NCBI GenBank assembly: GCA_047495785.1
Contig: JBLDXI010000042.1
Span: forward strand, 248,001-312,000
DNA from: Lepidodermella squamata
Lineage: Eukaryota; Animalia; Gastrotricha
Length of the DNA: 64,000 nucleotides
Direction of reading: 5' to 3'
Shown: one piece after another, positions 49,624 to 62,400 of the stretch
Layout of the letters: the number at the start of each line of letters is the position of its first letter
How positions within the stretch are numbered: the stretch's first letter is position 1
Notes under the pieces: generated by a model
Told to the model about the DNA's origin: nothing
Database searches by the model: none
The model's input: only the letters and a program-made list of their open reading frames with translations
Translations under genes and position numbers: made by a program

Positions 49624-51900
49624 TCAATTTCTTTTTATATGAGCAATCAAACGTCGAAAAATCCCCACAGCTTTGTCTGAAAATAAAACAAAAACACTGG
49701 TCAGACCCGAAATGCTAATACAAGCGACTGATGCTACGATTTGCTGAGTTACATGAGAATTACTCGTCACTATAATAATGAAAATCGCCCCGATGAGCAA
49801 TGGCAAGTTGATGAGGGAGGCCATGCGGTAACGCTTGATTTCCGGTTCTTTGACTTTAGCAATGGCTATAGATAATAGGACCGCCGAGCCCGCAATAATT
49901 AGATCGATCGCAGCTAGCGTCGCCATATATTTCAGGTCCTCAATTTCGCTAGCTTCGCATAATTCGACGTAGAAATGGCGTAAAACGTCACGTTCAGTGA
50001 TATACTCGCTACGAACAGGCGCAATATGTGACTTCAGAGGATTTTCGACTAGCCACGCAGCTAATAACGCCACGGTGATAATTAGAAGAAGGATGGGCGT
50101 GATATGAGCGAACAGAAACTGAAACCGTCTAGAGCCTTCCTTCTTCAGCATCACTGTTTCTGCTGGTAATTTTGGGAATACAGAGAAGCTCGAGTTGTTA
50201 TGAGGCAAAACAGTGGTACGCTGGTTCGAAAAGACGTAAAAAGCCAACTTTCGATAAATTATCAAATGAACGACGGTTGCTCCAATAACGAGGGAACTAT
50301 ATTTCAGATTACAAACCGCTGCAGAATGAACGTTCAGAGCAAAAACGATTGAGGCCGCGTTGAATAACATGCAAGCCAGGGTGAAAATGACCCTTTCAAT
50401 TTCCAACTTCACGGAACAAGCCAGCAGTTGGGAGATCGTTACAATTCCACCGAAGACACATGCGAAGATGAGAAATTCATCTGTGACGTGAATTACTACG
50501 ATTTCTTCGCCTGGCCAATCAGTTGGGGGCTGTTTATTATCCGTGGACCAGACAAAAGGTTCAAAGCTCTGAATCGCGTAGCTTGAGATATCTTTTACGT
50601 TTGTTTTGTTAGGCAGTAGAGTGATTTCGTAGTTGATCCGGGCCCTATTCTCCTCTGCAATCCACTGGAAGATGTACTGAGGCTCCGAATCCTGTTCCAG
50701 TCTACTCGAATACTTGATAACGCCACGTCTGAAGCCCACGAACCTGATAGAGGCAGCACTTTTATTCGCGGCCTCCATTACTACTTTCGGATTGTTTTCG
50801 TAATCTCTGAGAGATAGATGCTTCGTCTTCAGAATCTTCTCGGCCCCATCTAGCGTTAGGATTGCCTGAAGATACTGATCGTGGCAGAGGTAACGCTTGC
50901 CGTAGTTTGACAAGTTTCTCGCACCGGGAACCGCCCTATCAAGCATTTCATCAAACTGCTTAGTGTCATAGCCTAAGCTGGTTTTGCCCGTGTTTTCGAC
51001 GCCAAAGCTTGATCCTAACGATCCAATAAAAACTGTAGATTTATACTGTTGTTGCACTATGGCCTTGGTACACCCCTGATCGATGACTTCAGGACTTGTA
51101 CTTAGATCCCCAAGGGCGCTGCCACCCATGATGAAGACGTACCGAGGCCCAGTCAAGCCGATGCTGTAGCATTTGCAAAGAAAGAGCATAGCAGTGGTCG
51201 GATCGGAAATTTCGTACACAATCACCCTTGCCCCTGATTGCTTCAAACCCCATATCAAGTCGTCATTCAAGTCGAAGGCTGCATCGTAATGAACAACTTC
51301 AACGCCATTTTTGACAGCCAGATCGTAGAAATACGATGCAACGTGAAAGTTGACTATCGTAGAGCCAGCATTAGCCAGTATCGCGATCTTTCGCCACTTG
51401 CCGAGGTTTTTGATGAAGTTAAGCCTAGGTAGGGCTAGTGCCTCCCCGGAGGGGCGGATACGGTAGAAATTCGGAAACAAAGCTCTGTTAGTGGTAAAAG
51501 AGGGCGATAGACAAACAGGAGAAATAGCGACCAAATCGGAATGGTGGGCAATTTGAGCCAGAGATTTGCATCCAGCAGTGAAACCTCCTGCGATAACAAC
51601 GGGTGATTTTACCGAATTATCAGCTGCTGGTTTCCTGTAGAATTCTATCACTCGCTTAGTTAGCAGAAAACTTCCTGGTCCTTCGTCCTGGTTATTGGCG
51701 ACCAAGTCGTAGCCGGGCAAGATGTCGCTCCGCTTGCTGACCACGTCGAACATCAGCTTTTGAACGTAAGGGCAAACGTCACTGGCAGGATCAAGAGATT
51801 GAATTATCGTTGTTCCGAAAAACATCTCCAACTTAGTGTTTTGACCACTGGCTGAATGCGCAATGAGAAGGGCGAGAAATGCCGAAAGTTGAGGCTTCAT
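49624..51900 (-). CDS. GABA-B-like class C GPCR copy 6, intact
   Basis: Uninterrupted ORF; closest to copy 3 (TTIIQSLDPASDVCP); likely start MKPQLSA at 51900. Confidence 0.88.
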   Translation of the reverse strand: MKPQLSAFLALLIAHSASGQNTKLEMFFGTTIIQSLDPASDVCPYVQKLMFDVVSKRSDILPGYDLVANNQDEGPGSFLLTKRVIEFYRKPAADNSVKSPVVIAGGFTAGCKSLAQIAHHSDLVAISPVCLSPSFTTNRALFPNFYRIRPSGEALALPRLNFIKNLGKWRKIAILANAGSTIVNFHVASYFYDLAVKNGVEVVHYDAAFDLNDDLIWGLKQSGARVIVYEISDPTTAMLFLCKCYSIGLTGPRYVFIMGGSALGDLSTSPEVIDQGCTKAIVQQQYKSTVFIGSLGSSFGVENTGKTSLGYDTKQFDEMLDRAVPGARNLSNYGKRYLCHDQYLQAILTLDGAEKILKTKHLSLRDYENNPKVVMEAANKSAASIRFVGFRRGVIKYSSRLEQDSEPQYIFQWIAEENRARINYEITLLPNKTNVKDISSYAIQSFEPFVWSTDNKQPPTDWPGEEIVVIHVTDEFLIFACVFGGIVTISQLLACSVKLEIERVIFTLACMLFNAASIVFALNVHSAAVCNLKYSSLVIGATVVHLIIYRKLAFYVFSNQRTTVLPHNNSSFSVFPKLPAETVMLKKEGSRRFQFLFAHITPILLLIITVALLAAWLVENPLKSHIAPVRSEYITERDVLRHFYVELCEASEIEDLKYMATLAAIDLIIAGSAVLLSIAIAKVKEPEIKRYRMASLINLPLLIGAIFIIIVTSNSHVTQQIVASVACISISGLTSVFVLFSDKAVGIFRRLIAHIKRN

Positions 51901-52489
51901 TATCTGAGATTGTAGAATGGAGATTATCAAAAAACGCACCCGATTTTATAGAGCGCCCTGTGACCCTACGTATCCATACGCTAATTGGTGTAGCATTACT
52001 GAATGCCTGCAAGGCTAATTATTATCAAGTAACTGACGTTGACTAATTAAACAACTGTCTGTGGTTCGGCGTTCTGCCCGGATATCACTATCCGGTCTTA
52101 CTAATGCTTCGTCGGGAGGTTAATTAAGCTGAGGAATAAGAATGTTAAAAGAAAGGGGTACACCATCGCCTACCGTGAGAATAATTGGCAACTAGTCTCC
52201 CCCGATCGTTTTTAGTGATAGCCCATAGAGAAAGTCGTTTTGAGAACATCTTGACGTCATATTAAAAAAAATAATTACAGTCTCATTTAGTGGACAGACT
52301 AGCGTTATGCAAAAAACCGCATTAGATTAGCATTAGCGCCCTGTATTTCGGCGAGAAATTTCTATCGAGAAGTATTGAAATGTTGGCACTATTGCATAGT
52401 TCGCAACTTGCAACCTTTCTAACTTCACATTCATTAAAGCTTTTGCGCTCCCAGATAAAATTCGAAACATAATTGATTTTATTGAAAAG

Positions 52490-53130
52490 TCGATGAGTTG
52501 TTGTTCGATTTCAAGAAATCCAGCTCCTCAAAAGCAAAAGGCTCGGGCTTTGAGTATTGATTCTTGATGTAAAGCTGTTCGCAGCTCTAAATTCGGCCGA
52601 TCCAATCCTATCGGGTCAAAATATGTCCCTAAAAGACTTGACGCCTCCCCTAAAACTGCCCTTTCAGCAATCAAAAAAGCGTTTGAGAAAAGATTGAGTG
52701 TATCGGAATTAAAATTCGACGCTAGAGTACGACGAGAACGGATCTTTGTAAGGCATGGTGCATGGTGGTCAACATAAATTATTGGATACCCACTGTTACA
52801 CACTGCATTATATTGTTGGACATGACATCTTGCCTCTGTTAAAGGTTTACGGTCTTCATAGTTGCTTTAACCTTCGATTCATGGCTAGTTGGTTAGTTGG
52901 TTAGTTGAGGTAAAATTGGGATTGCTTGCATCGCGATTTCCTCGAGCCTCAGATCTGCACTGGCCTTGCTCTTTTTCGAAATCGAGTGTACGGGGATTTA
53001 TCAATTCGCAAGTCAACTATCAAACCGTTACGGTCTTGCCCTGAGTTTAACCATGTGTGCCTGATGTGGCAATTAATTCATTTGTTCGCTTTGCTCGTCT
53101 TCAAAGAACCTAGGCTCTGATTCAAGCAAG
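52490..53130 (+). pseudogene. Degraded class C GPCR relic, duplicate of 35890-36960
   Basis: Shares gttgttgttcgattt.aagaaatc, tcagcaatcaaa.aagc.tttg and gccctgagtttaa..atgtgtgcctgat blocks with the relic region near 35.8-36.9 kb. Confidence 0.5.
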
Positions 53131-53347
53131 GCATTCAACTATGTTTGAAGCTTAAAAGAAGTTTGCTGGGTAAATTTGAGTCCAAAATAGGTTTTCAGCA
53201 TTGATCCTTACTTCTGCGCATTTCAATTCCGTGCCCTCCCTCAAAAAAGTGAAACCTGCCAGTTAGCAAAGATTTAATATCTGAATGAATCCAAATTTTA
53301 TAATAATTATAATTACTTTTAAATTCTACACAAATAAGTATCGTTTG

Positions 53348-55851
53348 TCACTTTAAACGTGCAATGAATCGCCGAAACTTCACGACAGCTTTATCCGAGA
53401 GTAACACGAGGATACTAGTCAGACCCGAAATGCTCAAACAAACGAGAGAAGAAACGATCTGCTGGGTTACATGCGAATTCCCCGACGCAACAACCATGAA
53501 AATCGCCCCGATGAGCAATGGCAAATTGATGAGGGAGGCCATGCGATAACGCTTGATTTCGGACTCTTTCACTCTAGCAATGGCTATTGATAATAGGACA
53601 GCTGCGCCCGCAGGAATTAGGTCGACCGCCGCTAGCGCCATTAAAAATATCAGATCCCTGACATCGCTTTCCCCGCATATTGCGATATAGGTCTGGCGAA
53701 AGATGTCACGATCTGCAACGTACTCACTCTGGATGATCTTAAAACGTGACTCCATTGGATATTTTACCAACCATGCAGCTAATAGCGATATACTAATGAT
53801 AAGGACGAGGATGGATGCAACATTGGCGAGCAGGAATTGCAATCGCGAGGAGCCATTCCTCATCATCTTTCTTGCTTTAGCTAATGACGTTGGAAATGCC
53901 GCAGCTTTCATTTTATTGAAACCACGTCGCTTTGAAGTTACGTAAATTAGCAATTTTCGATAAAGAACCAAATGAACAATTGTTGCTCCGATAACGAGGA
54001 AAATGAACTTGGAATTGCAAGCAGCTGTTGAGTGAACATTCAGGGCAAACAGAATTGAAGCTGCGTTGAGTAGCATGCAAGCTAGGGTGAACATGAGTCT
54101 AGAAATTTCGGACTTCGAAATTAAAGCCAGCACTTGGACGAGGGTTGCTACTCCACAGAAGACACATGTTAAAATGAGAAAAGCATCTGGGACATGCTAT
54201 CCATCAGTTTCCGTTCCAGGCCAATCAGCTGGGGCGTTCTTGGATTCAGTGTACCAAACGAAAGGGTCGAAACAGCGAACAAAATCACTTACATTTGTTT
54301 TGTTCTGTGGCAGAGTTATTTCGTAGCTAATCCATGCTCTATTCTGCTCTGTTATCCATTGAGATGTACTGAGGTTCCGAATCCTGTTCCAGCCTACTAG
54401 AATACTCGATGACGCCCTGCCTAAAGCCGATGAACCTGATGGAGGCTGCACTCTTATTCGCGGCTTCCATCACTACCTTCGGATTGTTGCCGTAATCCAG
54501 TGACTTTGATTTGATTTGATTTGATTTATTCAGTAAATCACAGGTCTTTGTAAATCAATCATTTCAAATCAAATCCCCAAAAAATCGATAGTAAATCAAT
54601 CAAATCAAATCACCAGGCCCGTTTAAATAAAATCAAATCAAATCTTTCGCATAGGGAAACATGAGTATCATGGTAAAATTCTGGGGATTCTTTCAAATTT
54701 CAAGCTTGATTTTGGCAGAATGACTATGCAAGGGCATGAATAGCTCCAGGCTTTGGAAAACAGTTGTTTTCAACGCAAATGTGAGTTCTCATGTTTAGTA
54801 ACTGGGGAATTCCGAGAGTTCTGATTTTTATAAATCAGCAGTAAATCAAGTGGGCTAAATTTAAATCAAATCAAATCATCCTGAAATTTTCTAAATCAAA
54901 TCATCAGTAAATCAAATCATCAAAAAATGGCCTAAATCAAATCAAATCACAATCAAATCAAATCAAATCAAAGTCTCTGCCGTAATAATATTCTCAGCAC
55001 CGTCCAGAGTTAGAATGGCTTGGAGGTACTGATCGTGGCAAAGGTATCGCCTTCTGTAGCCGGACATGTTCCTCGCATCGGGAACGGCTTTATCAAGCAT
55101 TTCGTCAAACTGCTTGGTGTCATAGCCCAGAGTGGTTATTCCTGTGTTTTCGACGCCAAAGCTCGACCAAATTGATCCGATGAAGACTGCGTAATTATAC
55201 TGTTGTTCGACGATGGATTTGGTACAGCCAGGAGCGATGACGTCAAATCTGAAACTCGAGCTTATATTTCCAAAGGCATTACCAGCCATAATGAAGACAT
55301 ACCGTGGTCCAGTCAATCCGAAACGGAAGCATTTGCATAAAAACACTAATGAACTCGGGAAATCTGAGATTTCATAAACTAACTTGCGCCTGAATCCTTC
55401 AATGCGAGCAAGAAATCATCATTCAAGTCAAAAGCAGCATCGTTATGCACAACTTCTATGCCATGTCTTATGGCCAGGTCGTAGAATTGGGATGCAACTT
55501 GAAAATTGACAATCGATATGCCGGCATTCGCAAGTATTGCAATTTTTCGCCATCCACCGACCTTTTTGATGAAATTCAGCCTGGGCAGCGCTAGCGCCTC
55601 TCCAGACGGACGGATGCGATAAAAATTCGGAAATAAGACTCGATTTTCTGTGAAATAGGGAGAGAGACAAACTGGGGCAATGGCGACCAAATTTGAATGG
55701 TGCGCAATTTGAGCCAGAGATTTGCAACCGGCTGTGAAACCTCCTGCGAAAACAACTGGCGATTTTACTGAATTATTAGCTGATGGTTTTCTGTAGAATT
55801 CAATGACGCGCCGGGTTAGCAGAACACTCCCTGTTCCTTCGTCCAGGTTGT
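53348..55851 (-). pseudogene. GABA-B-like class C GPCR copy 7, 5'-truncated, frameshifted and MITE-disrupted
   Basis: Homologous fragments in several frames; homology stops abruptly at ~55851. Confidence 0.85.
54498..54979. mobile_element. hAT-like MITE family B
   Basis: TIRs cagtgactttgatttgatt / aatcaaatcaaagtctctg; TSD ccgtaatc/ccgtaata (7/8). Confidence 0.85.
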
Positions 55852-56794
55852 ATTATTGGTTCACTCTCGGTAGTGAATCACTCTCGGTAGTGAATCACAG
55901 TGTTACTACCCATTATGCGGGTGACATCACCATTCATTTTGCTTCCACCTGGGGAAATTAACGACGGGATTCGAAACTCGTTCAGAAGATAAGAAACATA
56001 ATATTGTTATGTACTTTACACCATTGCTTCATGGCTTGAGAACGTGTAGAACGTGTTTTCGTCAAAAATTCGCCCAAGAAATATAATTTGAGACCTAAAA
56101 ATTGAATTAGCCAGTCCGTTTGAAATGCTATTTCTGTTGCTATCAGTTTTTAAATAATTTGCTAATTTGCTGAAAATAATGTGCGACTTTGCTATTTATA
56201 ACCCACCAAGCGTGAAAGTTATATTTTGATATCCACTATGGCTGAGTAATTCGTCCATTTGTCCAAGGCAAATCAACATTTCTTCGCGATATTTTCCCCC
56301 GCTGTTTCTACACACTGGGAACAATAATATTTAAGATTATGCGGATTTTCCTATTTATACGATTTCGATTTATACGTTGAAATTATATGTTTCTTGACAT
56401 CGGTCGTTTATTTTGATGTTAAATTACCTCACGCACTTGAAGTGCCCTTAAAATTTCAACTTCTCATGAGTTCATCGAGTTCGTCTGTGGCGGTGTTTAA
56501 TCAGGGGATGGGACGCGACGCTAAATGACGACTTAGTACGTGACCGGGGCACGTTTCTTTGTGATGATTCGTCATCCGTCCACAATTAGCTGCCGCCTTT
56601 GCATAAAAATGCAACGACATAATACCGGCTGGTTTTCATTGCCCTGGCGTGATGTGGAGATCTCCAGAAAACAGACAAATCGTTAAATTAGACTTCACGG
56701 CATTCAGTCACACGACAATCTCATGCGTCTGTACAAACTTGTTAAATAAAAGCACAAAATTGCGTTTTGTATCTCAGAGTTTCTTAGCGAAATA

Positions 56795-58494
56795 ATGAAA
56801 CCAATCTTTCCTCAATTCGCGGCATTTCTCGCCGTTTTTATCGCACAGTCAAATGCTGGACAAAATACAAAATTGGAGATGTTTTTCGGCACCACCGCAA
56901 TACAGGTTCTCGATCCAGCTAGTGACATTTGCCCTCATGTTCAGAAGCTGATGATCGAAATGTTGAACAAACGGAGCGATATCTTGCCTGGCTATGAGTT
57001 GGTTGCCTTTAATCAGGATGAAGGACCGGGGAGTACTCTGCTAACCCAGCGAGTGATAGAATTCTACAGGAAACCGGCCAATAATTCTGTGAAATCACCC
57101 GTTGTATTCGCAGGAGGCTACACTGCGGGATGCAAATCTCTGGCGCAAATTGCCCATCATTCAAATTTGGTCGCTATCGCCCCGGTTTGTCTCTCTCCCT
57201 CTTTCACCTCTAATCGAGTATTGTTTCCGAACTTCTATCGCATCCGTGCGTCCGGAGAGGCACTGGCCCTCCCGAGGTTGCATTTCATCAAAGCCCTCGG
57301 TGGTTGGCATAGGATAGCGATATTAGCTAATGCCGGTTCTACGATCGTAAACTATCAAGTTGCATCCTACTTCTACGAACTGGCCGTTAAAAATGGCGTA
57401 GAAGTTGTGCATTACGATGCTGCTTTCGATGTGAATGACGACTTGTTATCTGGATTGATACTCTCAGGCGCAAGGATTGTCGTTTATGAAATTTCCGATT
57501 CTACCAATGCAATGCTTTTTCTTTGCAAATGCTTCAGTTTCGGATTGACTGGACCTCGTTACGTGTTTGTCATGGCCGGAAACTCTTTTGGGGATCTCAC
57601 TCTAAGACTCGATGTAATCGCTCCGGGATGTACCAAGGCAATTGTCTCGCAACAGTATAAATATACAGTTTTCATGGATCAATCTGGTCAAGCTTTGGGG
57701 TCGAAAACACTGGTAAAACCAGTCTAGGGTATGACTCGAAGCAGTTTGACGAAATGCTTGATAAAGCCGTCCACGATGCGAGAAACATGTCCGGCTACAG
57801 CAGACGCTACATCTGCCATGATGCATACCTTCAAGCTATCCTAACGCTAGACGGGGCTGAAAGGATCCTTAACTTGAACAACCTCACACTCAGTGATTAC
57901 GAGAAATATCTTCAGATAGTCATGGACGCCGCGAATAAAAGTGCGGCTGCTATCAAGTCTGTCGGCTTTAGGCATGGCTTTATCGAGTATTCGAGTAGGC
58001 TGGAACAGGATTCAGAGCCTCAGTACATTTTCCAGTGGATACCTGAGGAAAATAGAGCACGGATCAACTACGAAATCACTCTGCAGCCCAGCAAATCAAA
58101 TTCGAGTGATATCTCTATTTCGATTCGCAATTTCGAACCTTTCGTCTGGTATACGGAGACTACGCAGCCCCCAGCTGATTGGCCGGGCGAGGAAATTGAG
58201 GTTATTTACGTCCCAGATGCTTTTCTCATTTTCGTTTGTGTCTTGCTCGGAATAGCGACCTTGACTCAAATGCTGGCTCTAATCTCAAAGTTGGATATCA
58301 ATAGGGTTATTTTCACCCTGGCTTGTCTGTTACTGAACGCAGCTTCCATCCTGTTCGCACTGAATGTTCATTCAGCTGCAGCTTGTAACTTGAAATATAT
58401 TTTCCTCGTCGTTGGAGCAACAATCGTCCATCTAGTTCTTTATCGTAAACTGGCAATTTTTGTTACTTCAAAGCACCGAGCCACCATTTTACCC
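56795..58494 (+). pseudogene. GABA-B-like class C GPCR copy 8, frameshifted and interrupted by Copia
   Basis: 1-bp deletion at ~57676 (ttcatggatc vs ttcatcggatc); coding homology ends at the LTR start. Confidence 0.85.
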
Positions 58495-58692
58495 TGTTGG
58501 AAATAATCGCCCACGATTTGCGTCATATGGATTTAACTTAACTTTTATTGCGTTGTCGTGTATAAAAGATTAGTGGCTAATGGCCATTAAGGTATTAGGC
58601 TAATGGCTTTGATCCTATATAAGATGAGTTAAATTAAATAAATGTTTATCCTTCTCCAGAATCTGAGTGGACTTTTTACCTTATTTTCTATA
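58495..58692 (+). repeat. 5' LTR (~198 bp)
   Basis: TG start, immediately followed by the PBS; ends TA rather than CA. Confidence 0.7.
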
Positions 58693-58745
58693 GGTTATGG
58701 GCCTATAGCTGCGCTATTTGTCTTCATTTTTCGCTTTTACTCTAA

Positions 58746-59450
58746 ATGACTTCAACCCGTAATTTAGAGTTTACCATTAAGCTCACCAGCGCGGAAGAAT
58801 TTCCGCACTGGAAGCGTCGTTTGCGCGCGATTGCTCTCAAAGCGAATTGCTGGGAGGTAATGATAGATGAGACTAAGTCTAAAAATTCGGCTAACGCGGA
58901 GCTGTGTAAAACGGCTTATGCGATGATCATGACGTCTGTCTCTGACGATTTGTTGCATCTAATACCTGAAGATATTGACAATCCTCAGGTCGCCTTCAAA
59001 GCGCTTACCGACCACTTTCAGCCCTCTACTAATGTAACCAAAAGTACGCTGAAACAACGCTTAACGGTTACGCGGATGCGAGCGAGCGATCGTATTGATG
59101 AGCACGTTTCTCGCTTAAAAATTTTATTTTCGCGACTTGGCGCAATAAATTCTCCTGTTTCTGAAGATGATAAATTGCTTGCTCTCACGTCTAGCGTGCA
59201 CCCAAAATATTGGCACGTACTGACCGCCATCGAAATGGCCAAAGGGGAGTCGCTAACGTTTGATGGGTTGTATCAAGCGCTAGTGGCAGAGGAACTCCGC
59301 CTCAATCTCCGGGTCGGATCGAAGACGGTCGGGGAAGGTTCTCCGCTTTCTGACGCTGCCACAGCATTCCGTGCGACTTATGCTCGAAAATTTCAAGGCA
59401 CTTGTAATTTCTGTGGTATCTATGGTCACAAGGAAGCGGATTGTTTCAAA
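58746..59450 (+). CDS. gag: Copia Gag (to the CCHC zinc knuckle)
   Basis: F..WK..L..I N-terminus; CNFCGIYGHKEADC knuckle; coding continues in the -1 frame. Confidence 0.88.
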
Positions 59451-62400
59451 AAGAGATCCACTCAAATTCAAAAAATCGGAACCATCAAAATCGATATCAA
59501 AATTCGTCCCCGTCCCGTTCTCATTCCCAAGGCAACAGAAGGAACAATGGCAAAAAGCATTTCAAATCTCCAAAGAATGCACACTTTGCGCAAAACCAAA
59601 ACGTCGGTTTAATGATGATTTCGGGATTAATCGGATCAACATATGGTGGGGATTTCAAGCACTTGTGGGTGGTTGATAGTGGGGCTTCCGATCACATGAC
59701 GAACAATCGCGAAAATTTGCTTGATTATCACCCATTTTCTTCACCAAAATTGATCACCATTGGGGACGGAAATTCTGTTGAAGCACTCGGTGAGGGCAAA
59801 ATTCAATTTCAAGCTGGCAAGAAAGAGATTACCCTGAATCGTGTTTTGTACATTCCTAACATTGCAGCCAATCTGATGAGTGTCCCATCGGTTATGCGTT
59901 CCGGGGGCTCTGTTAAATTCAAGGGGTCAACTTGCCATGTGAAGGGACCCAGTGGGGCCTTATTGGTGGTAGCTAAACTGGATGGGGGTTTGATGGTTCT
60001 CCCATGGTTACCCAAGACGAATTTTTCTTTTGTGGCAAATGATAATTCTCATAATTTGTTGTGGCATCGTCGTCTTGGCCATACTAACCATGCTACTGCT
60101 CGTTTCATGTGTGATCACGACTGTGTGGAGGGACTTGAATACAAGAAACAAGAACTTGGTTTCTGTGAAAGCTGTGTAAAAGCTAAAATTCATCGTTTGC
60201 CGCATCCTCCACGCGAAATACTTGCCGCGCGAAAATTTGAACGCGTTCATTCCGATATCTGTGGACCCATGCCGGTCGAATCTTTTGGTAGAAAACGCTA
60301 TTTATTGATTTTCATCGATGATTATTCGCGCTATGCATTCCCATATTTTATTCGCTCCCGCTCTGAAGTTTTTGCGAAGTATAAAGAGTTTGAAGCGATG
60401 GTACAGCGTCAATTCGGTTGCCAAATAGGCATTTTTCGCTGCGACGGCGCAAAAGAGTATCTTTCCGAAGAATTCTCGGCGCATCTTAGAGCTCAAGGCA
60501 CGCTTAGAGAATACACTGTTGCCCATACTCCGCAGCATAACTCTGTCGCCGAACGCTATTTTCGCACTGTTACTGAAATGACGCGCGCTATGCTTATTCA
60601 CGCCTATATGCCAAAACGTTTTTGGGCTGATGGCTATGCTGTTGCTGTGTATTTGCGGAATCGCATTTTGACGCGCGCTACGGGTAAAACGCCCTATGAA
60701 CTGCTTTATGATGCTGTTCCCAGTTTGAAGCATCTTAAGGTTTTTGGCTGTAAAGCATTCGCGCATGTTGTTGAACGTTTTCGTGATCGTTTTGATGCTA
60801 AAGCTCGCGAGATGATTTTTGTTGGATATGCCACCGAACAATTCGGCTACAGATTGTTCGATCCGACTAATTCGAAATTTTATGTGCGACGGGACGTCAC
60901 ATTCAATGAAGATGATTTCTATTACAAGCCTGATGAGCCTACTGTTGTTGTGACTCCGAATTATCTCGATGATTTTGATGATTTTCCACCCGCCGGTGCG
61001 GCTTCCGGGGGTGATACTAACGATTTGAATGCCACCACGGCAACAACTCCTGCTGAACTTAATGCTTCTGATCTAACATCTCGTGATTCTGCTTCAGGGG
61101 ATGATTTTGATTTCGTTCCTACTTCTCATTTGTCGAATTCAACCGACAATATTGCTGAACTTGAGCGCGATGTAGCCAACACTGTGATTGTGTCTGCGCA
61201 ACCCGAGGGGCTTCCTGATCCTCCTCGGCGCAAACCAGGTCGTCCGCGCAAGATTCCTCCTGGCCAGAGGTCCGTGCATGACGTTTATGTGAAAAAGAAG
61301 GCGGCAGCTAAGCCTTCCCTGCGCGTACAGCCTGCTCGTACTTGCAAGAAATCTTCCTCGGTGTCCCCTGCCGAGGCTACTAACCATTCATTTAACCATG
61401 TTAACGAAGATGACGATTTACCTTCGGCTCATGCTTTTCTTACCGTTGCTTGCCCTGAAGAGCCACGTACGTACGCTGAAGCGATTGCTAGCCCTGATTC
61501 TGATAAATGGCTTGCGGCTATGCAAGACGAAATGCGTTCTCACGCTGAGCATGGTACCTATGTTTTGATTCCGCGCCCTTCTGGCGAATCTACCGTGGGG
61601 TGTAAGTGGGTACTGCGTATCAAGCGCAAAGCTGATGGCACTGTTGAGCGCTATAAGGCTCGGCTCGTTGCGCAAGGATTCACGCAGCGCTACGGCGAAA
61701 ATTATCTGGATACTTACTCTCCCGTTGTGCGTTATGCTTCCATTCGTGCTGTTATTAGTTTTGCGATTTCCCAGGATATGATTCTGTGGCAATGCGATGT
61801 TAAGACTGCGTATTTAAACAGCGATGCCGATTTTCGCATTTTAATGGAGCAGCCACCCGGTTTTATTGAGGGTGATCTTCTTCCTAATGGCAAAACTGCT
61901 CTTTGTTGCCTAATCCGTCGCGGAATTTACGGCTTACGCCAAAGTGGTCGCCTATGGCACCTCAAATTTTCCTCTGTCTTGTTATCTCTTGGTTTTACTC
62001 GTTCTATGGCTGACCCATCCGTTTTTATTTACCGCGTGGATGGTCTTTGCATTTTGACCGTGTTTGTGGATGATATTTTGGCTGCTTGTTCTTCTCAAGA
62101 GGTTCTTGATAAGCTGAAATCCATGCTTACCGCGCATTTTTCCATTTCTGATCTTGGTCCGCTCTCTTTTTTACTTGGCGTGCATTTTACTCGCTCGAAA
62201 GATTGCATTTACCTTAATCAACGCCAATATCTCCTCAAGATTCTGGAGCGTTTTGGTCTTGCGGATGCTAACCCTGTTTCTACTCCTTGCGATACTAACC
62301 ATTTGTTACCGAGCGATGCTTACGCTCGTTCCGTCGACAAAAAGCTTTTCCAGCAGATGGTTGGAAGTTTGCTCTATGCGTCGACATCTACGCGGCCTGA

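Noticed and set aside
54498-54979. (AAATC)n runs as telomeric/satellite or CRISPR-like repeats
   Set aside because: They are subterminal repeats of a TSD-flanked MITE; there is no repeat-spacer structure and the DNA is eukaryotic.
55861-56320. CACAGTG (~55896), CACTATG (~56234) and a 17-bp tandem repeat as RSS or second Transib ends
   Set aside because: All are in the same orientation with no inverted partner, nonamer or TSD; expected by chance.
61225-61255. AT-hook-like RKPGRPRK in the Copia IN-RT linker
   Set aside because: A real motif, but a single short match in a low-complexity linker; too weak to claim a targeting function.
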